A stretch of 64,000 bases of DNA from Octopus sinensis (Eukaryota), in the NCBI RefSeq assembly GCF_006345805.1, contig NC_043009.1:32116001-32180000 (forward strand). Direction: 5' to 3'. The notes beneath the pieces are model-generated. The model made no database searches. It was not told where the DNA came from and saw only the letters and a program-made list of their open reading frames with translations. The position numbers and the translations under genes were made by a program. This document shows, piece after piece, positions 25,497-40,410 of this stretch. Positions within the stretch are counted from its first letter, which is position 1. Each line of letters starts with the position of its first letter.

Positions 25497-27042
25497 CAAG
25501 AAATAATATTTGTCCCTTTCTATCGAAACAAAAGGATTTATAGGACTGCAAAAGAAATGCTCAAATATAAATGAGTTGAAGATAAAGAAGCATTGGTTAT
25601 AGAACAACATTAATTTTGGGTCAACGACTTTTTTCGTGCAACACCACTCCTCAAAGATTTAATCATATATAAAAATCACCATGGCTTACAAACACATAAA
25701 AAAATATATATACATACAATCATAGGAGGTAAAAATATATGATTGAATAAAATACAATTAGAACTGCCAATCAAAAAGTTAAATATACAAGACTAAAAAT
25801 TCATAAACTACCAAAAAAACCCTAATCGACATATATAAAATAAATAAAGATAAAAATAAAATAAAATAAAATAAATGTCCACTGACTAAAAAAGTTTTAT
25901 TAGACGATTAAAATATTTAGAAATATATATATATAACTGTACATGTGTGAATGCCACTTCCATATGTTGTCATTAACATCACCGGCACAAATAAATAAAT
26001 TCTTTGCCTTGCCAATAAATAAATAAATTGTCAAATGGAGACGTAATTACTGGTTTCGTTTTCAATGTTTGAAACCAGGAGACATTGAGAAATACCTTAG
26101 TTTGAAAAAAGCAAGTGGGAGCAACAAGAAGGGCATCTGGTTGTCAAATACAACCTCGAATAAAAGTTCGTCCAAGCAAGGTTAGATTAGAAGAAAATCA
26201 AATTGAAAACAAACGACTGAATGAGCGATCAACGACTTAACGAATTTACCACTCTCGATTTCTCCTTTTTTTTTATGAAACTGAAAAAAAAAATGCAAAG
26301 CAAAGTTGGTTTCTGCTTTGGAAAAACTATAAGAATATTCTATGAGATGTCTTGTAGTATTTATTCCAGGCCTTTGAATTTTGCTTTAAAAGCCCACCAT
26401 GGTCATTACTGATAGAAAGGGTTAGTAACAGACCAAGGTGTGCACTAGATTTTTAGCATCAACTCATTATCATTTTTAAATAACCTCATTTTGTTGATCT
26501 AATTCATATAAAAAATGTATTCTTTCACCAATATTAACCTCATACTCAAGCCTGAAAATAAAAACATTTTATCTTAATTCTTTTCAAAGACAAGTAATTC
26601 TAGAATAGTTTTCTTTTCCATTGAAAGCCATCTTTTTACATTATAGGCTTAGTAATATGTAGAAATTAATCTAAAGCTAGGAAGTTGTGTGAAGATTATC
26701 TGTTTTGATATGAAGTATTGCAAGGTTTCTTGTGTGATGTGGGTGTCATGGTAAATAAGATGATGGTGAGTGAAGACAAAGTTATAGAAATGCTCGATGT
26801 AGTACCGGTCATTATTTAAATGTCTTCCATCAAGTTGAGAAGCTTCAAAGACAACCTGAGTACTGCTTTCATATGTTTTCAGTACAGTTCTGTGTTTCAT
26901 TTATAGGAACCTCCAAATAAATGGAGTTAAATACTCTAAAAATAAGTGTTTACACGTTCTTTCATATTTCTGTTATTTCTGAGTTATTTACATTAAGACT
27001 TGGTAATGTTACATCAATTTAATGACATGTCCCATATATGTA

Positions 27043-27090
<48 letters not shown>

Positions 27091-27138
27091 TGTGACGTAT
27101 ATATATGTATATATATAATATGTATATGCATATTATAC

Positions 27139-27239
<101 letters not shown>

Positions 27240-27244
27240 GTATC

Positions 27245-27330
27245 TATTCTGCTTTCTTCCAAGGAATCTAATGCTTTTAGCTTAGTTTTTCAATGGGGTT
27301 GGCCAGATTGGAGCAATCTCGAGTATAATC
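27245..27330 (-). repeat. Fragment of the interspersed repeat found at 30075-30450, opposite orientation
   Basis: CTTTCTTCCAAGGAATCTA.TGC..TTAGCTTAGTTTTT..GGGGTTGGCCAG.TTGGAGCAAT.TCGAGTATA is the reverse complement of about 30205-30285. Confidence 0.75.
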
Positions 27331-27399
27331 GCATACACCCCTCTTTCTCTCTTTCTCTCCCCCCTCTCGCTCTCTGTGGAACTCTATCAGGTTCAACAA

Positions 27400-27705
27400 C
27401 ATGCATTCCAGTTGACCCACAATCAACGGAAGAGCCTCCTTGTGAAATTAATGTGCAAATGGCTGAGTACTCCACAGACACACGTACCCTTAATATAGTT
27501 TACAGAGAGATTCAGTTGACACAGAATGCGACAAGACTGCCCCCTCTCCACCCATTTGAAATACAAGTGCTACTCATATTTGCCTGCCGAGTGAACTGGT
27601 GCAATATGAAATAAAGTGTCTGGCTTACAATGCACATCTGAGAATTGAAGTCACGACATTATGATCGTAAGCTGAATACCCTAACCACCAAGCCGTACTC
27701 TTTCA
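27400..27705 (-). mobile_element. CORE-type SINE (family C); another 3' piece at about 28150-28255
   Basis: TGGCTGAGTACTCCACAGACAC..GTGAACTGGTGCAATATGAAATAAAGTGTC..CCCTAACCAC.AAGCC. Confidence 0.75.
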
Positions 27706-27709
27706 CAGA

Positions 27710-28109
27710 CATACACACACATACATACATACACACATACATACATACATATACACATGCATACACACATGCATACACGCACTCATACATACATTCACAC
27801 ATACATACATACACACATACATGCGCACATACACACACATATATGTACATACATACATGCATACATACATATACACACATACATACGTACACATACACAC
27901 ACATACATACATCAATACATACATACATACACATACACACATACACATACATACATACATACATACACATGCACACATACACATACATACATACATACAT
28001 GCATACATACATACACACATACATACGTATACATACATACACACATACATACATAAATACATACATACACATACATACATACACATATATACATGCATAC
28101 ATACATACA

Positions 28110-28140
<31 letters not shown>
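27710..28140. repeat. (CATA)/(CA) microsatellite
   Basis: Direct inspection. Confidence 0.95.
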
Positions 28141-28141
<1 letters not shown>

Positions 28142-28778
28142 GCATAGATGAATGGATGGTTCTTCATTTGGTTCAATGATGAGGACTCAGTTGTCCAATC
28201 AACTGATATAAGTGGCTGAGTATTCCACAGACACTGTGTACCCTTAATGTAAATCTAAAATGGCCTGACACAGTGGCTAAAAGGACCGTACCGTTAAATC
28301 CTAGGTACAATCCACTTGATTGACTTCTAAACAGTTTCTAATCTCTCTAATTTCACTCACAAAATATGAAGTCAATCCTAGGCCATAGACTTTTGTCTAA
28401 GATGCCATTTACTGGATTTGAACCTAGGATCAGATGTTTGTAAAATGGTCTTCTTACCTATTCTTCTAAACTACACCTAGACATCACACACTATACATAT
28501 TTACAATACATATATAACACCGAGTAACACAATTTTTCTCCTTGGGAAGAAACCAGTATTATTTGCTTAGGCTAGAAAGTATGAAAAATGGCAAATAATT
28601 TAGAGTAAAGATTGTTTGCCAACATAACATGGCAGTCCTGGTTTAGGACAAATGTTGCAGTAATTTAGCTCCAGGCGACATCGTCTCCAGCTGGCTATAC
28701 GACACGATCTGTGTCCTTATATTTTCGAACAAGGGAAAAAAATATAAGGATACTTCTGTATCTCTTTCTCTACTCTTT

Positions 28779-28821
<43 letters not shown>

Positions 28822-29028
28822 CTCTCTCTCTCCTTCTCTCTCTCTGTCTTCGCCACACTGCCTTCACCGTCTCTATGCCTACTGTTACTCTCACCCCATC
28901 ATGGGGAATAGTATGAGTGTCATCGAATAGTGAGAGAGGAAGTCTACGTGTGACACACTGACATACGAAATTAGTTTTCACATTTATATATTATATTATA
29001 CCATACCATATATATATATATATATATC

Positions 29029-29070
<42 letters not shown>

Positions 29071-29074
29071 TATA

Positions 29075-29285
29075 CAGTAATACCCACCATATCGTGGTTC
29101 ACTTATCACGGTTTATTATTCATAATTTCAGCTTAGTGATTCCCCTGAGGTGTTGTTTCGCATTTATAATAAAATAAATATATGCAGATTAGAAAAAAAT
29201 AATTAAAAAATATACGGTACAGTACTGTTTCTATTTCGCAGATTTTGAACTATCGCAGGGGGTTTCAAAATGTAACACCAATGAT
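29075..29285 (+). mobile_element. Possible Tigger/pogo-type MITE fragment at the edge of (TA)n
   Basis: Starts TA-CAGTAATACC..ATCGTGGTTCACTTATCACGG, a Tigger-like TIR; the right TIR is not evident. Confidence 0.4.
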
Positions 29286-29311
29286 ATATCAAAGCAATGA
29301 TTCTAACGATT

Positions 29312-29533
29312 AGGTGATGAGCTGGCAGAAATGTTTGCATGCCACACAAAATGCTTAGCAGTTTTTCGTCTGTTTTTATGGTGTAAGTTCAAAATCTGCC
29401 GAAGTTGACTCTGCCTTTCATCCTTCTAGGGTCGATAAATTAAGTACCATTTGTGTACTGGGATTGATCTAATCGACTAACCACCACCTCAAAAATGTTG
29501 GGCCTTGTGCCTAGAGTAGAAAAGAATAATTAT
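29312..29533 (+). mobile_element. SINE family B, full length, diverged
   Basis: GGTGATGAGCTGGCAGAA..GTTCAAAATC..GACTCTGCCTTTCATCCTT..GGGTCGATAAATTAAGTACC..GTAGAAAAGAATAATT. Confidence 0.85.
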
Positions 29534-29916
29534 AACGATAGAGAACATGGAGATTGGTAGATCCTCAAAATTTATTTCCTTTTATTTTGCAGTGTCATAG
29601 AGCATATTTTTATGGTTACAATATTCTATATTGTGAAATAAAAGAAAATAAATTGTAAGGCTGTACCGGTCTTCATATTTTCTGTTGTTATAATTATTGA
29701 TAATATACACTCCAGATAAAATTACCGTCCAGCAAAGAAAACATGGAATTACCAATTGGAGGAATTTACACTATGAATACAATTAATAGTAGTCATAGAT
29801 GTTAAATACTACCAATGTAGTTAGCCATAAACTGGAACATACCCGAGAGCTACCATGTTATTCATCCAGATAATATATCCCTCTAAACTAATATTAAATT
29901 CATTAATTATATATAT

Positions 29917-29954
<38 letters not shown>

Positions 29955-29995
29955 TATATATATAGATATATATATATATACACACACCACACACA

Positions 29996-30037
<42 letters not shown>

Positions 30038-30074
30038 ATATATATATGTATGTATGTATATAAAGGAATAAAAA

Positions 30075-30450
30075 AAACGGAACAAGAACGCAATACATCC
30101 AGATAGATGATACCAAAATGGGACAAGGGAAAAAACAAGGACGGGTCATTTGGAGTTTTCTTCCTCAGTCGAGTTTCAGATTATCTTCGAAATTTTGGCT
30201 GGCTATACTCGAAATTGCTCCAAACTGGCCAGCCCCAAGGAAAAACTAAGCTAAGAGCACTAGATTCCTTGGAAGAAAGTAGCGAATATATATGAAAACA
30301 AGGACGAAAAAACGGAGAAATGATACACAAATGCAAATACCATGACACTAAGAACAGGTGTCTTTCGACTAAGGATGAATTAAATTAAGGTGGCGTGTGT
30401 GGAAGTGAAGCCTTACGGCAGGAACATAAGAGATGAAAGCCATGGGGAGG
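30075..30450 (+). repeat. Interspersed repeat of unknown class between (TA)n arrays
   Basis: A second, partial copy lies at 27245-27330; both abut (TA)n. Confidence 0.55.
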
Positions 30451-30456
30451 AATATA

Positions 30457-30497
<41 letters not shown>

Positions 30498-30594
30498 ACA
30501 CACACACAAACGCACACACACACGCACACACATACACGCACACACACACATATATATATACACACATAAATACACAAACATATATATGTATGTA

Positions 30595-30740
30595 TAGACG
30601 ATAGGCTTCTTTCAGCTTCTGTCTACCAAATGTGTTCAAAACGTCTTGGTCAACCTCGGGCTATAGCAGAACCCACTTACCCAAGCTGCCATACAGTTGG
30701 ACTGAACTCCAAAACAATGTGGTTGGGAACCAACATCTTA
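30595..30740 (-). mobile_element. SINE family A 5' half, decayed
   Basis: GGCTTCTTTCAG.TTCTGTCTACCAAAT..GGGCTATAG..GGACTGAAC. Confidence 0.7.
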
Positions 30741-30785
30741 TCGCACAACTACAGCAATATATTACGATGACATTGAAGACAACAC

Positions 30786-30826
<41 letters not shown>

Positions 30827-31023
30827 TCGATCACAACATTGGCAAAAACTCTGTTCATTTCTCAATATGGTATTTATTTGAGGAAGGTCAAGTGTGAAAT
30901 ATTTAATTACCCATTTATGACTTGGAGTTATCTTTAAGCTGAATATCACCAGAAAATATGCATGCTATTGAGTATAGCCACATGTTCTATTTTCTTCTTA
31001 TGAAAATTAAAAGTAAAATAATA

Positions 31024-31082
<59 letters not shown>

Positions 31083-33234
31083 TAGAAAACTACAGACCAA
31101 TAACCTGCCTCCCTACTATGTTCAAGGCATTTACTGCAGTGATATCACAAAGGCTGAACAAGCACCTGGACGAAAACAAACTGTTCCCAGAAGAGCAGAA
31201 AGGATGCCGCAAAGGCTCATATGGCTGTAAAGATCAACTAATGATTAATAAAGCCATAACTGAAGACAGCCACAGAAAGAAGAAAGGCCTCAGTATGGCC
31301 TGGATTGACTACAAAAAGGCGTTTGATAGCATCCCCCACACATGGATCCTCGAAACACATAAAATTCATAGAGCACTCTATGAATAAATGGCAAACAGTC
31401 CTACAAACAGTCCAAACAAAAGAGGGACTCATGAAAACCAAAGACATCCCCATTTGAAGAGGAATATTCCAGGGAGATACGCTCTCTCCACTCCTTTTCT
31501 GCTTGGCACTGTCACTTCTATCTGATATGCTAAATAGAACTGGATGCGGATATAAATGTTACGGCAAAACGATCAGCCACCTTTTATATATGGATGACCT
31601 TAAACTATACGCTGCAAATGACAAACAGCTGGAAACACTATTAAAGACAGTTCATGGATTTACCAAAGAAATAGATATGAAATTTGGATTAGAAAAATGC
31701 GCCAAAGTAACCATGAAAAGAGGAAAACTAGTTAAGAGTAACAACATCACACTAGATGAAGCAAATGAAATAAAAGAATTAGACCAAAGCCAAACTTACA
31801 AATACTTAGGAATCCATGAACTAGATAAGACACAACACACACAAATGAAAGAGAAAAAAAAAAGAATATTATAGACGAGTTAGATCAATACTAAACACAG
31901 AGCTCAATGCTAAAAACAAGATAATAGGTATCAACACTTTAGCTGTCCCAGTTATAAGTTACAGCTACAATATCCTTAACTGGACACGAAATGACTGACC
32001 AAAATAGACAGGAAAACAAGAAAATAATGACAGGATCTAGGATGCATCACCCAAAATCTGATATAGAAAGACTATATATACAACGTATAGAAGGTGGTAG
32101 AGGCCTTATACAGCTGGAAAACTACTATAAAATAACCATCATAGGACTGCAAAAATATCTACTTCAGAAGGAAGGAAAACTGATCCAGATAGCGGCAAAA
32201 CACGAGCAAAACAAAAAACTGTTCTCAGTATTTAAGGAAGCTGACAAATACAAACAAGAAATCATACCACCTAATAAACATGAAGAAGAGAAGAAGATGA
32301 AGAACAACAAAAGTTATAAAAAAATGAAATCCAAACTAAAAATAGAACAGCAACGAACCATGATAAAACGATGGCAAGAAAAGCCCCTTCATGGTAAATA
32401 CTGGACTAAACTAAACGCAAAAGAAATAGACAAAGAAAAATCCCAGCAATGGTTGAGAAGCTCAGGACTCAAAGCAGAAACAGAGGGATTTTTAATTGCA
32501 GCACAAGACCAAAGCCTCCCCACCAGAAATTACCAAAGACATGTAATGAAAAGAAATATTACAAGTAACTGCAGAATATGTGGAGATGGACAAGAAACAA
32601 TAAATCATATTATCTCTAGCTGCCCATCCTGGCTAAGAAGGAATATATTCACGACATGACAGAGTTGGAACTTACATACATTGGAAGCTATGCCAACATT
32701 ATGGAATAACAACAGAAAAAAGATGGTATAGGCACACACCAGAAAAGGTCACAGAAAACGAGAAAGCAACCATACTCTGGGATATGCCGATACACACAGA
32801 TAGAGAAATTAAGGCCACAGACCAGATATAGTTGTCAGAGACCATGAAGAAAAAAAATGCTTTCTAATTGATGTATCAGTACCGGCAGATGACAACGTGT
32901 CTCTAAAAGAATGGAGAAACTCTCAAAATACAAAGACCTGGAAATAGAGGTAACTAGAATGTGGAATCTGAAAACAGAAACAATTCCTATCATAGTAGGT
33001 GCATTAGGCATGATAAAAAATATTCAGACAAATACATAACAAAAACACCAGGACTTACAAACACATATAACATACAGAAAATAGCACTACTAGGCACTGC
33101 ACACATCCTACGCAGAACACTTTCCATACAATAACCATCAGAGCATCACAACAAATCACAGCACATACCCAAGGCACACAGAGCTGCGCTCGGTAGTGAA
33201 GTGAAAGCACGCTATAAAAATAAAAATAAAACTA

Positions 33235-33237
<3 letters not shown>
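31083..33237 (+). mobile_element. R4/Dong-clade non-LTR retrotransposon, 5' truncated: RT, CCHC finger, RLE and 3' UTR, frameshifted
   Basis: NYRPITCLPTMFK, AWIDYKKAFDSIPH, QGDTLSPL, LLYMDDLKLYA, CRICG..ETINHIISSC, PDIVVRD..IDVSVP; pure (TAA)n on both sides. Confidence 0.95.
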
Positions 33238-33290
<53 letters not shown>

Positions 33291-33786
33291 TAATAATCAT
33301 CATAAATTTTCAATATTGATGTATCTGACAGTGAATAACGTTGCAGGCGTACTATTTTCTGGATAAAGTTGTCCCAAATTAGTAACTGCCTCGGCAAAAG
33401 AAGCAATTTTTAATGTGAACAGAAAATCTAAAATATATACTTTAAAGATGTAGGAATCAATTTAAAATCTAGCAGCAATGTTCTGAATAAAGACCAAAGA
33501 TATTTATAGATTTTTTCACTCTTCCAGAATGCTTTAATCTATATATAATAGCATATTGATACCAGATGAGAATCCAAAAGACTGCTGTTGTTAGACAAGC
33601 CAAAATGTCACCTAAATTTCAAGGAATCTTTTATGAATATTGTTGTCATTGTTATTGTTGTTTCGCTCAGGGGTACCCAACTCATTTTCCTTTGTGGACC
33701 AGCTTGAAGCATAAAATAAATAATTTAGTCTTGATTGGAATAATTATTCCTAGCAACCCAACTTTTAATGTAAATTAAAATATATA

Positions 33787-34157
33787 CTCTCTTTTACTCT
33801 TTTACTTGTTTCAGTCATTTTGACTGCGGCCATGCTGGAGCACCGCCTTTACCTCGGGACTTATTCCTTGTAAGCCCAGTACTTATTCTATCGGTCTCTT
33901 TTGCCGAACCGCTAGTTGACGGGGACATAAACACACCAGCATCGGTTGTCAAGCAATGCTAGGGGGACAAACACAGACACACAAACATACACGCACACAT
34001 ATATACGACGGGCTTCTTTCAGTTTCCGTCAACCAAATCCACTCACAAGGCTTTGGTCGGCCCGAGGCTATAGTAGAAGACACTTGCCCAAGGTGCCACG
34101 CAGTGGGACTGAACCCGGATCCACGTTAGCAAGCTACTTACCACACAGCCAATCCTG
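33787..34157 (-). mobile_element. SINE family A, near full length, young
   Basis: Reverse complement of 17067-17480 with short internal deletions. Confidence 0.92.
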
Positions 34158-35026
34158 CGTCTATATGGATAAAAACTTTTCATTCAACCTGGTATATGCG
34201 TGGATGCAGGCATACTCCTGTTGTTTTATTTAAGATGGTTAATTCCAAGTCATTATGTGCTGAGGTCCCCGGTTCAAACCCACGCCATGGCAAAGCAGGC
34301 AAGAGTTTGTTGCTGTAGATTGGGGCTGACTAAAGTCATGTCAGTGAAAATACGGTGACCAGAGAGATAGAAACCGTAAGGAAGCCGTTTGAATGGATAG
34401 CACATTCTCTGTCATATATTTTCACACTAATTTTCACTGAGAATAACTTTATAGATGGCTGTGGAAAACTTGACTACCTACACTCCATTAAGTAGGAAGT
34501 GTAACCGGTTGGGGAAAGAAATCAGAATGCTTGCTCTTCATAGAAACTGATGAGAATTCATTTGCTTTCTGATTATTTCTATATGCGAGAATAGTGAGAG
34601 AAAGAAAATTACAGTGAGGTGAAGAGGGGAGAGAGGAGTGAGAGGAGAGAGTGAACAGTGAACAGATGCATAGTAAATATTTTAACATTTCTACATCTAG
34701 ACATATGGAGAAATAAGAAACAATGTTGGAAGTTACGTTATGTACAGTTATATCACTTTGTATGTGTATGCATATAAGTACATACATGTATGTATGAGTG
34801 TGTGCACACGTATATGTATATGTGAGTCAGTGTGTCTATGTTGTGCGTGTATATATATATATATATATATGTATAAATATATATATATATGTAAATAAAT
34901 ATATACTCTATATGGATATGTATGTTTGTGTCCCCCCCATATATATGTATTATATATATGTACACACACATACGTGTATTTATATATGTATATATATATA
35001 TATCTATATCTATATCTATCTATCTA

Positions 35027-35188
<162 letters not shown>

Positions 35189-35719
35189 TAGATATAGATA
35201 TAGATATACATACGATATGCATGTATATACATGTATATATATTCAAGCTTTTACCGTTTATTAATCTATATGATTATAATGTAGGACTCTGTTACTGTTA
35301 CCACAAACAACACAATCTCATTAATGACAGCTAACATATTTTTTTAACAATGTGGTGTTGACGAAAGGCTGTCAAAATGAAATCCCAGTAGGTTGTCCCA
35401 GTAGGACGTGAGGAAAAGTGCATGAGTTAGTAAAAACGAAAAAAAAAAAAAAATAAATAACTAAATAAATAAATAAATAAACATAAAACTGCAGCAGCAA
35501 TTATTTCTCCGATCGATTTATCAATCCATTCCGCAGCTTCTGCTACCAGTGCACTTTACAACCTCCAGGGAATATTACAGCCAAATGGATGTTTTGACAG
35601 ATTTTGGTGTCATAAAAACCGAATAGTAAAAACTATGTAAAAAAAAAGGAAAAACGAAATAAATAAATATTTTTCCCCTTCAATGGGTGGGTTTATGATG
35701 ATAAAAACAAAAGGTAGAA

Positions 35720-36650
<931 letters not shown>

Positions 36651-37541
36651 AATTCCTGCACCAATGTCTTCTCACTGTCTCATAAACTTACATCGTTTCA
36701 AATCTATTTTCAAATTCTAATATTCATGACATTCCATTGCACTCAACTCATGCGTACAAAACACCCTGTAGTGATGCTATTAAAGCTATATTTCATACGA
36801 GACCTGGAACTGTAACGCAAAATTCCCATCACATATGCATAATTAATAAATTTAGCTTTACTACTGTAACAACAACAGCAACTACTACTACTACTACTAC
36901 TACTACTGCAACGTCATATCAATATTTGCAGTCAAACCATTTAGCATTGGTCTAAGCATAAGTGAAACTAGAAAATGTCTAAATGAAATTAGAATATAAA
37001 ACAGTGTGATAATTTTTTTTTTATTAGCAAAATACGTCACCTGATATTTCGGCATGAAAATCCCAATCTCAAAATCTGAAAGAAAATTAGCAAAATTCAA
37101 AATTTCTTCAATGTTCTCGATACATTGCTTCCGCTGCTAAATATATTCCTTAGTCATCACAATCTTCCTCTCAAGCCAAACTCCATGAGAAAATCCCTAA
37201 ACTAACTGGACTGAGATGATATGCTTCAGCAATCAACATCTTGCTTCGTGTTAAGCAGAGCAGTAAAGGCTTTTGCTAACGATCTCATTTTGGTCACTTA
37301 AAGACATAAATTTGAATCAGAGTTGACAAATAATGATTTTTCTTGTCCTTTTAACCTCATTATTCTCGCCTGACTTAACAAGAATATGTAATAAAATAAT
37401 ATGTATTTTATTATTGCAGTAACATAAAATTGAAAAACTATAAAAACTTTAACATTTTCCTGTATAAAGTATGGCCAATCTCTTTCACTCTCCCCCTTCT
37501 CTCTCTTATACACACACAAACTTATATACCGGTATATAACC

Positions 37542-37768
37542 CTGGCAGAAACGTTAGCACGCCGGGCGAAATGCTTTGCGGTATTTCGTCTGCCGTTACG
37601 TTCTGAGTTCAAATTCCGCCGAGGTCGACTTTGCCTTTCATCCTTTCGGGGTCGATAAATTAAAGTACCAGTTACGCACTGGGGTCGATGTAATCGACTT
37701 AATACCTATGTCTGTCCTTGTTTGTCTCCTCTATGTTTAACCCCTTGTGGGTAATAAAGAAATAGGTA
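37542..37768 (+). mobile_element. SINE family B, best-preserved copy
   Basis: CTGGCAGAAACGTTAGCACGCCGGGCG..GAGTTCAAATTCC (B box)..GTCGACTTTGCCTTTCATCCTTTCGGGGTCGATAAATTAA.GTACC, resembling the MetaSINE-type body. Confidence 0.9.
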
Positions 37769-37899
37769 TATAACTCTGCCTCCGTCACATGAGTCTATCA
37801 CCCACACTATTATCAATCGTGCCTCTAGTGCTTGTGGCCTCTATATCTCAAATCACTCTCCTTCTTAATCATACTGTATTATGTTACCAGTGTGAATCA

Positions 37900-38330
37900 G
37901 CGTAGCAATGGATCGCTTGTGTTGACCATATGGTGCTTCCAGTGATCTCGATAGACCCCTCTAAGCGTCTCTCCAGAACTCCACCTTTTTCTCATCCTTA
38001 TCACCCTTTCACAACATAGGAAAGATCTGGAAACATATCCATTTCGAAACATATACACAAGGGGCCTCATCAGATCGCATATGCCTCATGTACCCAGTTT
38101 GTACCCTTAACTGCCCATCAGACATCAATTCCCTCTCTGATCATTTATTCTCCTTTTCCTAACTATCGCCTTTTCAAGCTTGACTTATCTAGTGTTGGGG
38201 CTATGAACACTCCTCCACCATATCGTATTTACTGTTGGGTCGACATGAACTAAAAGCCTCGTCAAATGCATGTCGACCTTTTCGGTGCTGGTGCTAAGAA
38301 AATGCTCGTATTTGTGCTGTTTCTTTTTAT
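37900..38330 (+). mobile_element. Possible decayed Penelope-like fragment
   Basis: Frameshifted reading PYHP..HNIGKIWKH and ..SSDR..CTLNCPSDINSL resembles the PLE linker (TYHP) and the GIY-YIG end (LGTL.P.GLN). Confidence 0.4.
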
Positions 38331-39299
38331 GTCCTGTAACCTGACTGTTCTCCAAATAAAGAGCAGAGAAAAATAAGTATAAAACTTAAGTATTTTCATC
38401 ATAGCTACAGTCCAATAACTGAATTTAGTAAAATGACAAAAGAATAAAATAATTTATTATTCCAAATATACTTATCTGATGTGCTTATCTAAAATTTAGA
38501 TAACCCAAATAGAACATGTGTTCGTTTTATAGCCATTTGCAATAAACATATCGATGATGGATTTTGCAAAATAATAACATAACAAATACGAATAGTTATA
38601 TTATAATAGTTTGCCTATGAATTTGTCATTACACATTCAATAGAAATCTTATCTAAAATATATCGATTTTGGTTTTTATAGATTAGATTCCCCACCAAAA
38701 ATGTTGAAGGCTGGTGAGGAAGCCATTTGCTTTTTTCAGTTTCAATTTTGGTTTCTGAAATGGAAATACTTTACCTTTTTTTATTTTACATGAACTCAAT
38801 GGTTTCAATGTAATAACGAGTTATTTGCTACTGTAGGAATCTGTAAAGTCTTGATCCCTACTCCCCTCCTATATAAATATAAATTTCCTAATGATATCAC
38901 TGGTATAGTTTTTTTCCAGATGGATAACAACGTATAGCAGATAGAGGCTAATATTAGAAATTAAAAATGTTTTCATTGTTTTTTTTAAATTATAAAATCA
39001 AAGTTGCTGATATATAAAAAGAAAATTGAATATATATCACATCAGAAAATTAGCTTGTGTGTGCATGTGCAAACATTTGTGATGTATACACATGTGTATA
39101 TCTTGTAGCCAATATGTCATGAGTTGGTATGATGTCTGTTCATGTGAGTCTGAATTTCAGCAATCGATAACTCGGGCAAAAAATAGAAAATTTCACATCA
39201 GCAAAAATTTGATCTTTATTTTTGTAAATATTTGATTCCTTTTACCTTTTTTCACGATGCTTTGTTGATTGCAAATTACAATATATACATACGTAAACA

Positions 39300-39361
<62 letters not shown>

Positions 39362-40410
39362 AACACACACACACACATACACAAATGTATTTCTCATAAA
39401 AATTTCATGACATCCATTTCAACAAAATTTTCATGTGATGCCAAATATAATTTTAGTGATAACTGATAATAAATAAGTTTTGACAAGAAAAACTCTTAGG
39501 TTTTTATGTCAAAAATAGAGTCTCACAGAAGAACTAATTCTCGCTACTGATTTTGCCAAAAGGATTTGGCACTAACATTGATCATGCTTTGATTTTTTGT
39601 TATATATCATATTTTCTTAGTACCAGAAGAATTGTTTCCAAATAAACGTAACTGATATTTTCTTAAACATGTTCTATTTTCCCACTTAATTCTTTGACAT
39701 TCTCATACTATATATTTGCCCTTTAAAATAGACAAACCATATTTGTAGTGAGTCTTTGAAGTTCTAATTTTGTAAAAATCAAAATCTCTGTTATTTTACT
39801 GAACTAGTAAAGTTTAAAAACCACTTGATATTTTACCTAAAATATTTCCGAAGTTATTCCGAAGCAGGGGGAGTGATACTCTCTCATAAAACATTGGTTT
39901 CATGCTGCTTAGGATAGTATCTATCTTTAAGGCATTCATATATTTCATGAATCTTAAAGCTAAAAGTTCGTCCCCAGAGGCAGGTCTGATCGAGGCTTAT
40001 TATATATCTGAGAAGCTGTAACCCAAGAGGACAAGATTCTTCTCTCCTCAGATATATTCTTAGGGGAAAGTAAAGGATAATGAAAACTGACATTTATATA
40101 CTCGTAGATGAGCACAAAATGCAAAGAACTGAAAAATAATTATATCAAGGCCCTAAAAATCCCATCACTGTACCTTCTGAAGTTAGTACCTCTTTTAGAG
40201 GCCATATCTATATATATTTGCATGTGTGGGATCAATGAAGATAGGAATATATGCAGGCATGATTGTGTGATAAAAAGCTTGCTTCTCAACTACATGATTC
40301 CAGGCTCAGTCCTACTGTGTGGCATGTCGGGCAAGTGTCTTCTCCTATAACCTCAGGGCCACCAAAGTCATGTGGGTGGATCTAGTAGACAGAAACTGAG
40401 AGAATCCCGT

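Noticed and set aside
26649-26900. 83-aa non-repetitive ORF on the minus strand
   Set aside because: No recognisable motif or convincing splice sites; the length is reachable by chance.
27645-28176. Long His/Thr/Tyr/Ile or Met/Tyr/Val/Cys ORFs
   Set aside because: (CATA)n and (CA)n microsatellite translations; the same holds for all IY, CV and LSIY ORFs in the track.
30150-30185. CTGAGGA on the minus strand as a hammerhead core
   Set aside because: No downstream GAAA or closing stems in the required order.
38035-38085. CTGATGA..GAAA on the minus strand
   Set aside because: Stem II has at most two pairs, stem I does not form, and it is antisense to the PLE-like reading frame.
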